NCBI GenBank assembly: GCA_947167555.1
Contig: CAMVIO010000001.1
Coordinates: forward strand, 1-28,513
Source of the DNA: an uncultured Selenomonadales bacterium
GTDB taxonomy: Bacteria; Bacillota; Negativicutes; Selenomonadales; Selenomonadaceae
DNA length: 28,513 bases
Direction: 5' to 3'
Shown here: positions 22,580 to 28,513 of the stretch, piece after piece
How the letters are laid out: every line of letters begins with the position of its first letter
Position numbering within the stretch: the first letter of the stretch is position 1
The notes under the pieces: model-generated
What the model was told of the DNA's origin: nothing
Database searches by the model: none
Seen by the model: only the letters and a program-made list of their open reading frames with translations
Made by a program: the position numbers and the translations under genes

Positions 22580-22612
22580 CATATCTAATTGACGCGTCAT
22601 GAAAAATATTTT

Positions 22613-23689
22613 TTATTTCCGGGTTACATTGTCGCCGTAAATCGTCTTGAAATCGTCCCGCATGGAAACGGGAATCCATCCGTTTTCATCGGCGAGTTTT
22701 TGACATTTTTCCGCCTTCTTAAGATTTCCAAGCTCACGCTCTACATCATCGCAGAGGAGGAAGAACGCCGCGCTCTTGTATTTGTTTCCGTTGATTGTGT
22801 AATTCAGCATGGCGGCATCGCCGGAACTGTTGCCGAAAGCCAATACCGGCTGCCTGCCGATTTCACGGACGATCGAGGACACCTTGTTCATTTTTAGATT
22901 TTTGATGACAAATCCGCCCCGAACCAGATAGTCGTCACTCTTGTACGTATAATTGAGACCGTCGGTTTCTCCCTGATGCGCCGCCACTGTTTTTATATCG
23001 GTGCCAATGATGTTTTCGTTGGGAATGCCCAACAAATCGCAGACGAGAATCCGGACCAACTCGCGCTCGGTACCGGAGACAACGTAAATCTTGAAACCGT
23101 TGGATTGAAGGTACTTCATCACTTCTACCATCGGCAGATAGAACGCCTCGCCCCATTTCAGCGGACGGAGCCCGTCCACCGGCCTTTCGAAGAACTTCTT
23201 CACATACGCCTCGTAGTCGGTATACGACGTACCGGCAAAGACCGAGGACTGGTGCGGCGCGCTGCTGCCCAGATTGTCGCTGGAATCCTTGTTCTTCAGC
23301 CAGTGTTCGAGGGATAGCGCAAACTCCCTGTCATCTTCCGACGGCTTGTAGTTCTCGTCATGAAGCGTGCGTTCAAGAAACAGCATGTGGTCAAGGTAAT
23401 AGGGCGCCGTCTCGCAAAGAAAAGTGCCGTCCATATCAAACACCGCGACGCGATCCTTGACGGGAATGAAAGATTTGCTTTCCTTGTTTGTGACTTCCTT
23501 GACGTAGCTTGTGAGCGCCTTATAGGAGGCGGACTCCTTGTTCCAGTATTTAAAATTACTGCCTCTTTTGTTTACCGAGATAGCCGCGATCTCCTCCCGC
23601 GTCGCCGCCTCCGAAGCGGGTGCCCCCGCCATGAATCCGAATCCAAGGGCTGCCGCAAGCACGGCGGTGCAAAGCTTTTTTACCTTCAT
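22613..23689 (-). CDS. Secreted HAD-superfamily hydrolase/phosphatase
   Basis: Basic N-region + hydrophobic core + A-x-A site (MKVKKLCTAVLAAALGFGFMAGAPASEA). HAD motif I VAVFDMDGT, motif II VVSGT, motif III K, motif IV FGNSSGD. Confidence 0.85.
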   Translation of the reverse strand: MKVKKLCTAVLAAALGFGFMAGAPASEAATREEIAAISVNKRGSNFKYWNKESASYKALTSYVKEVTNKESKSFIPVKDRVAVFDMDGTFLCETAPYYLDHMLFLERTLHDENYKPSEDDREFALSLEHWLKNKDSSDNLGSSAPHQSSVFAGTSYTDYEAYVKKFFERPVDGLRPLKWGEAFYLPMVEVMKYLQSNGFKIYVVSGTERELVRILVCDLLGIPNENIIGTDIKTVAAHQGETDGLNYTYKSDDYLVRGGFVIKNLKMNKVSSIVREIGRQPVLAFGNSSGDAAMLNYTINGNKYKSAAFFLLCDDVERELGNLKKAEKCQKLADENGWIPVSMRDDFKTIYGDNVTRK

Positions 23690-23732
23690 TCAGTATCACT
23701 CCTCTTAAATATTTTCATATTCCCAAATTGCT

Positions 23733-24194
23733 TTATTCGATTTCCGCGTCAAGCAGCATCTTGACGAAGGCGGATCGACTAATGACGCCGACAAGCTTCT
23801 CCTCGCGGGTGACGAAGACGCGCTTGATATGGCGAGAAATCATCAGGTTGCCCGCTTTAGAAACATCGTCGTTCTCGTCCACGGCGACTGCCGGAGAAGT
23901 CATGATCTCCGCCGCCGTCTTTGCGCGATATTTACGGAAGCTTTCCTTATAATTATATATTTCCCTGCTGCCGAGAGCCGACCAAAGGCAAAGGTCCCAG
24001 ACGCTCGGCTCGTCGAGCTTGACCTCCTTGTACATGATATCTTTCTCGCTCACAACTCCGAGCAGACGATTTTCTCCGTCTACCACAGGAAAGCCCGAGA
24101 TGTCATTCTCCACCATGAGCCGTGCAATCTCAATAATCGTCGATTCCGGCGACAAAGTGATGACCTCAGACTTCATGATCTCTTTTGCCAACAT
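23733..24194 (-). CDS. Stand-alone CBS-pair (Bateman) domain protein
   Basis: AKEIMKSEVITL, ISGFPVVD, LLGVVSEKDI, AAEIMTSP, LVGVISRS. Start trimmed to ATG at 24194 (SD GGAGGAG). Confidence 0.9.
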   Translation of the reverse strand: MLAKEIMKSEVITLSPESTIIEIARLMVENDISGFPVVDGENRLLGVVSEKDIMYKEVKLDEPSVWDLCLWSALGSREIYNYKESFRKYRAKTAAEIMTSPAVAVDENDDVSKAGNLMISRHIKRVFVTREEKLVGVISRSAFVKMLLDAEIE

Positions 24195-24279
24195 ATAAAT
24201 CTCTCCTCCGAAAATATATTTGTCAAAACTGGAGCCGCTTCCAATCATTCAAGAGTTTTTCGTTCATATCATATACGAA

Positions 24280-24308
24280 ATTATATCATTTTCCTTTAAT
24301 CAGAGCAA
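24280..24308 (-). promoter_or_regulatory. Sigma70/A promoter for the CBS-HAD unit
   Basis: TTGCTC (24308-24303), 17 bp, TATAAT (24285-24280) with extended TGn. Confidence 0.7.
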
Positions 24309-24345
24309 AATATATCTAATGAACGATGAATGTATGTTGCAAAAC

Positions 24346-24380
24346 AAAAAGACCGCGCCGTCATCGGACGCGATCTTTTT
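24346..24380 (-). terminator. Intrinsic terminator after tkt (symmetric, potentially bidirectional)
   Basis: Minus strand AAAAAGA-T-CGCG-T-CCG-ATGA-CGG-CGCG-G-TCTTTTT. Confidence 0.8.
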
Positions 24381-24394
24381 AGTCGCTATTATAT

Positions 24395-26389
24395 TTAGGA
24401 AAGATTCTTCAAAACTTCCTTCACCGTTTCCGCAACATGCTCCTTGGTGAAGCCGAAATTTTTGAACAGCGTGCCTCCCGGCGCCGACGCGCCGAAGCTT
24501 TCCATCGCCACAGTCTTGCCGTCGAGACCTACATAGCGTTCCCAGCCAAAGGACGAGAGCGCCTCCACCGCCACACGGGCGCGGATTTTTTTTGGCAGGA
24601 TTTTTTCACGATAAGCCGCGTCCTGCGCCTCGAACAATTCCATGCAGGGCATGCTGACGACCCGCACGTCGACGCCCTCCGCTTTCAGAAGCGCCTGCGC
24701 GTCGATGGCCAACGAAACCTCGGAACCGCTGGCGATCAGGATCGCGTCCGGCGTTTCCTTCCCTGACGGCGAGACGATATAAGCGCCCTTCAATGCGTCT
24801 TTGCCGCTGCCCGGAAGCTGCGGGAGATTCTGACGGCTCAGCGCCAGCGCCGTCGGCGTCTCCACACTCGTCACGGCAAGCAGCCAGCCCGCCGCGGTCT
24901 CCGTGGCGTCCGCCGGACGGAACACGTTGACGTTTGGCTGTGCGCGGAGCATCGCAAGCTGCTCGATCGGCTCGTGAGTCGGGCCGTCTTCCCCGACGCC
25001 GATGCTGTCGTGGGTAAACACATAGGTTACAGGCAGCTTCATCAGCGAAGCGAGCCGCAGCATAGGCTTCGTGTAGTCGCTGAACACGAAAAAGGTCGCC
25101 ACATAAGGACGAAGGCCGCCGTGCAGCGCGAGACCGTTTGCAATCGCCGCCATCGCCAATTCGCGGACGCCGAAATGGATATTGCGCCCTGCGTAATTCT
25201 CCTTAGAGAAATCCCCCGCGCCGTCCATGACCGTCTTGTTCGACGGCCCGAGGTCGGCGCTGCCGCCGAAAAGCTGCGGCAGTTTGTCTTTGAGACGATT
25301 GATATATTTTCCCGAAAGGCTGCGCGTCGCCTGCGCCTTGTCCTCATAAGCCCAATAGGCCTCATCGTTCAACAGGGAATTCTTGTCCACGGCTTCATGG
25401 CACTCTTGCCAAAGCTTCTTCATCTCCGGGAATTTTTCCTGATATTCGGCGAAAAGCGCGTTCCACTCTTTTTCCGCTTTTTCACCCGCCTCGGAGAGCT
25501 TCGCGTAATTCGCGTATACTTCGTCCGGTACGGCAAACGAGTCCTTCGTCGGCCAGCCCAACGCTTCCCGAAGAGCCGCGACGTTGTCCTCTCCCAGAGG
25601 CTCGCCATGAGCGCTGGCCTTGCCCTGCTTCGCCGGGCAGCCGTAGCCGATTTGCGTCTTGATCGTGATGAACGACGGACGCTTCTTGTCCGCCTTCGCT
25701 TCCTCGATGGCCACACCGATAGCCGCGAGGTCATTGCCGTCCTCGACGGTCAATGTCTGGAAGCCGAAAGCCTCCATGCGTTTCTGGACATTCTCAGTGA
25801 ACGCAAGGTCGGTACTGCCCTCGATGGTAATCGAATTGCTGTCATAAAGCACGATCAGCTTCGAGAGTCCCAGCGTACCCGCCAGCGAAAACGCTTCGGA
25901 GGAAATACCCTCCATCATGCAGCCGTCGCCGCCCAGTGCAAAGGTGTAATGATCGACTACAGGATACCCCGGCTTGTTGAACATCGCCGCAAGATGCGCC
26001 TCAGCCATCGCCATGCCGACAGCCATTCCCATGCCGGCGCCCAGCGGTCCCGTCGTCGCCTCGACGCCGACCGTGTGGCCGTACTCGGGATGCCCCGGCG
26101 TCAGGGAACCGTCCTGCCGGAAATTTTTCAGGTCGTCCATCGTCAGGCCGTAACCGAAAAGATGGAGCAAAGAATATAACAGCATCGATCCGTGACCGCC
26201 GGAAAGCACAAAACGGTCGCGGTTCGCCCATTTCGGATTTTTCCCGTTGTGCTTCATATGATGCGCCCAAAGCTCATAAGCTGTCGGCGCCGCCCCCAGC
26301 GGCAGGCCCGGATGGCCGGAATTGGCTTTTTGTATCGCGTCTGCGGAAAGAACCCGGATCGCGTTCACGCTCATCGCGTCTATCGACAT
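24395..26389 (-). CDS. tkt: Transketolase
   Basis: [35 protein letters not shown] (ThDP motif), [27 protein letters not shown]. Confidence 0.98.
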   Translation of the reverse strand: MSIDAMSVNAIRVLSADAIQKANSGHPGLPLGAAPTAYELWAHHMKHNGKNPKWANRDRFVLSGGHGSMLLYSLLHLFGYGLTMDDLKNFRQDGSLTPGHPEYGHTVGVEATTGPLGAGMGMAVGMAMAEAHLAAMFNKPGYPVVDHYTFALGGDGCMMEGISSEAFSLAGTLGLSKLIVLYDSNSITIEGSTDLAFTENVQKRMEAFGFQTLTVEDGNDLAAIGVAIEEAKADKKRPSFITIKTQIGYGCPAKQGKASAHGEPLGEDNVAALREALGWPTKDSFAVPDEVYANYAKLSEAGEKAEKEWNALFAEYQEKFPEMKKLWQECHEAVDKNSLLNDEAYWAYEDKAQATRSLSGKYINRLKDKLPQLFGGSADLGPSNKTVMDGAGDFSKENYAGRNIHFGVRELAMAAIANGLALHGGLRPYVATFFVFSDYTKPMLRLASLMKLPVTYVFTHDSIGVGEDGPTHEPIEQLAMLRAQPNVNVFRPADATETAAGWLLAVTSVETPTALALSRQNLPQLPGSGKDALKGAYIVSPSGKETPDAILIASGSEVSLAIDAQALLKAEGVDVRVVSMPCMELFEAQDAAYREKILPKKIRARVAVEALSSFGWERYVGLDGKTVAMESFGASAPGGTLFKNFGFTKEHVAETVKEVLKNLS

Positions 26390-26421
26390 TCCTTCATCGC
26401 CCTTCTTACAATAATGGTTAT

Positions 26422-26799
26422 TTACCGCGCCGCAATCACGTCGATCTCTACCAGCGCGCCCTTCGGCAGCTTGCTGACCTCGACGCAGACCCGCGCGGGC
26501 GGATTCTCCTGGAAATATTGACCGTAAATTCCGTTGACCTTCGCGAAATCGTCCATGTTCGTGATATAAACCGTGGTCTTGACGACATCCTCCAGCGACG
26601 CTCCCGCCGCTTCGAGAATCGCCTTGAGATTTTCCAGTACGCGCGCCGTCTGCACCTCGACGCTGCCTTCGACGATCTCCCCTGTCGCCGGAATCAGCGG
26701 AATCTGTCCCGAAACGAAAATGAATCCGCCCGCCTCGATTGCCTGCGAATATGGGCCGATGGCCTTCGGCGCCTCCGCCGTGGAAATGACTTTTTTCAT
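26422..26799 (-). CDS. ridA: RidA/YjgF-family enamine/imine deaminase
   Basis: [30 protein letters not shown] (catalytic Arg present), [10 protein letters not shown]. Confidence 0.9.
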   Translation of the reverse strand: MKKVISTAEAPKAIGPYSQAIEAGGFIFVSGQIPLIPATGEIVEGSVEVQTARVLENLKAILEAAGASLEDVVKTTVYITNMDDFAKVNGIYGQYFQENPPARVCVEVSKLPKGALVEIDVIAAR

Positions 26800-26822
26800 C
26801 AGTAAATACTTCCTTCCTTATT

Positions 26823-27209
26823 TTAATCTTCTTCCGGTTCGTCCGGTCTCTTCATGACAAGATCCTGCCGCAAAAGCGCAGCTTCACCGAGATAGATGTG
26901 ACGGATATCCCTTTGCGGTTTATCCGTATCGGCAAGCACCAGCGCACGGATGCAAAGCGGCAGACTTTCCTTGACCGCCATCTGGCGCGTATCGAAAAGA
27001 GGCACCGAGTCGAACCCCGGAATCTGTCTCGCCCCCGCCGCCGGAAACGCCGCCGTGATATCCTCCGTCGCGCTCAAAATCACCGCGCCGACATCCTCCG
27101 GCGTCACGCCGTTCTTACGGATCATTTCCGTCACCATCCAGCGCACTGCCGCAACAATCTCGGACTCGGTATCATTCTTGATCGTAATCGCCCCGCGGAT
27201 TCCCCGCAT
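26823..27209 (-). CDS. aroH: AroH-class (Bacillus-type) chorismate mutase
   Basis: [39 protein letters not shown]; aligns without gaps to B. subtilis AroH as I recall it. Confidence 0.85.
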   Translation of the reverse strand: MRGIRGAITIKNDTESEIVAAVRWMVTEMIRKNGVTPEDVGAVILSATEDITAAFPAAGARQIPGFDSVPLFDTRQMAVKESLPLCIRALVLADTDKPQRDIRHIYLGEAALLRQDLVMKRPDEPEED

Positions 27210-27241
27210 AGAGAAGCCCTCCCTTGAATTATCTTGCTATT

Positions 27242-28513
27242 CTATGAGTTCCTGATTATATCCCAAAGCAACCGCCCGCAAAGGACGAGCGCCGCCAAGT
27301 AACCGAATACGCCCAACAAGGGGATTTCCATGATTTTCGGTGTCATCTGCGTCATACAGATTACACTGGAGCCCAAAAGCAGCGCCGAGCCAATCAGCCC
27401 GAGGACAAGCTTGTTTATCATGCCGTCAATCCGGCGAAGCGGCTCCTCGGAACCTGTCAGTTCGAGATTAACCTTCGTCTGCCCGCGCATCGTCATTTGC
27501 AGGATATCTGAAATCTGCTCCGGCAGGCGCATGGTCTTCTTGAAGAAAACATAGCCCTCGCTTTTCAGACGTTCCAACTCCACGCGCCAGTTGAAATCTT
27601 TTTGAAGATTGAGCTGTATGCTCCTCGCGAAAATCTCCACGAAATTGACGTCCGGGCAATAATTCCGCATGACGCCCTCAATCGTCAACACACCTCGGGC
27701 AAACATGCTCAGTCCCGGCCCGATCCCAATCCGATGGCGGCGAAGCACGTCCATGATGTCTCGCGTCAGCGTGCCCATCCGGAACGTGCCGAAATCAAGA
27801 TTCCCGTACGTCGTCATCATCGCGTCGATATCCTCATACAGCCGCGTATGATCGATACGTTGCTGCGGGAGCCCCAATGCCAGCACTGCGGCCTTCATCT
27901 CCATCGTGTCATGGTTCGCCAGCGAAAAAAACGCTTTTCGGACAGCACGACGATCCCGGTTGGAAATCCTGCCCATCATGCCGAGATCGAGCCATACGAT
28001 TTTCCCGTCCCGCACGCGGATATTCCCTGGATGCGGATCGGCATGGAAATAGCCGTCCTCGATCATCTGCTTGACATAGTTTTCCGCGAGACGCCGCCCA
28101 AGCTGGTTGATGTCAAACCCCTTTTCGCGAAGGGCCGCCGAATCGTCGAAGCGTATCCCGTCCACATATTCCATCACGAGGATTTGCGACGTCGTCAGAT
28201 GATGGAACACCTTCGGACAGGCCACATACTCCTCGCCCGCGTTGAGCTGACGGAACTCGTCGATATGATCGGCCTCCATCAGGAAATCCATCTCCTGCTT
28301 GGCAATCCTCCACATCTCATCAAGCAGCATCGAAATATCGAGAACGCCCCGCTGCGCGCCGACCACCTGCGTCAATGCCGCCGCACGCTTCAGCAGGATG
28401 ATGTCCTGCTCCATGACCTCGTAAATGCCCGGACGTTGCACCTTGACGACGACCTCTTCCCCCGTCGCCAGCACGGCGCGATGCACCTGCGCGATGGACG
28501 CCGAGCCGAGCAC
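27242..28513 (-). CDS. ABC1/UbiB/AarF-family atypical kinase (5' end outside window)
   Basis: ASIAQVH, VVVKVQRP, VMEYVDG, FHADPHPGN, LDLGMMG; two hydrophobic C-terminal helices. Confidence 0.92.
   Translation of the reverse strand: MLGSASIAQVHRAVLATGEEVVVKVQRPGIYEVMEQDIILLKRAAALTQVVGAQRGVLDISMLLDEMWRIAKQEMDFLMEADHIDEFRQLNAGEEYVACPKVFHHLTTSQILVMEYVDGIRFDDSAALREKGFDINQLGRRLAENYVKQMIEDGYFHADPHPGNIRVRDGKIVWLDLGMMGRISNRDRRAVRKAFFSLANHDTMEMKAAVLALGLPQQRIDHTRLYEDIDAMMTTYGNLDFGTFRMGTLTRDIMDVLRRHRIGIGPGLSMFARGVLTIEGVMRNYCPDVNFVEIFARSIQLNLQKDFNWRVELERLKSEGYVFFKKTMRLPEQISDILQMTMRGQTKVNLELTGSEEPLRRIDGMINKLVLGLIGSALLLGSSVICMTQMTPKIMEIPLLGVFGYLAALVLCGRLLWDIIRNS

Noticed and set aside
22331-22600. 89-aa minus-strand ORF and 176-aa plus-strand ORF (22058-22588) in the AT-rich spacer
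   Set aside because: They run through a terminator and a promoter, have no good SD, and have low-complexity composition.
24221-24226. Perfect TTGACA just upstream of the CBS gene SD
   Set aside because: No acceptable -10 at 16-18 bp (GAGATT); a better promoter exists at 24280-24308.
24974-26179. 401-aa ORF antisense to tkt, and the other plus-strand ORFs in the track
   Set aside because: This one is in register with tkt. The others overlap well-supported minus-strand genes and show no recognisable motifs.

Overview
Housekeeping window from a GC-rich Negativicutes (Selenomonadaceae-like) genome; the taxonomy is my inference from protein sequences. Every supportable gene is on the minus strand. 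In transcription order (right to left): a partial ABC1/UbiB-family kinase, AroH chorismate mutase, RidA and transketolase; a two-gene CBS-domain + secreted HAD hydrolase unit; the str/S10/spc/alpha ribosomal cluster from an L7Ae gene through rpsL-rpsG-fusA-tuf, rpsJ...rplO, secY, adk, infA, rpmJ, rpsM, rpsK, rpsD, rpoA, rplQ; then cobO, fur, hemZ and the first 33 codons of hisS. rpmJ and the hisS fragment are missing from the ORF track, and several ORF-track starts need trimming. I see no CRISPR, tRNA/rRNA, transposase, prophage or defence system, and no clearly novel multi-gene system. The best leads are small-scale: a 101-bp REP/CIR-like double-palindrome between hemZ and hisS; a densely structured fur-hemZ spacer with twin hairpins sharing an 11-nt motif; a long structured rpoA-rplQ spacer; an S10 leader with an inserted long hairpin; a terminator-like hairpin between the L7Ae gene and rpsL; a natural Asp75/Gln78 active-site variant of AroH next to a same-fold RidA gene; and the self-contained CBS-HAD unit.
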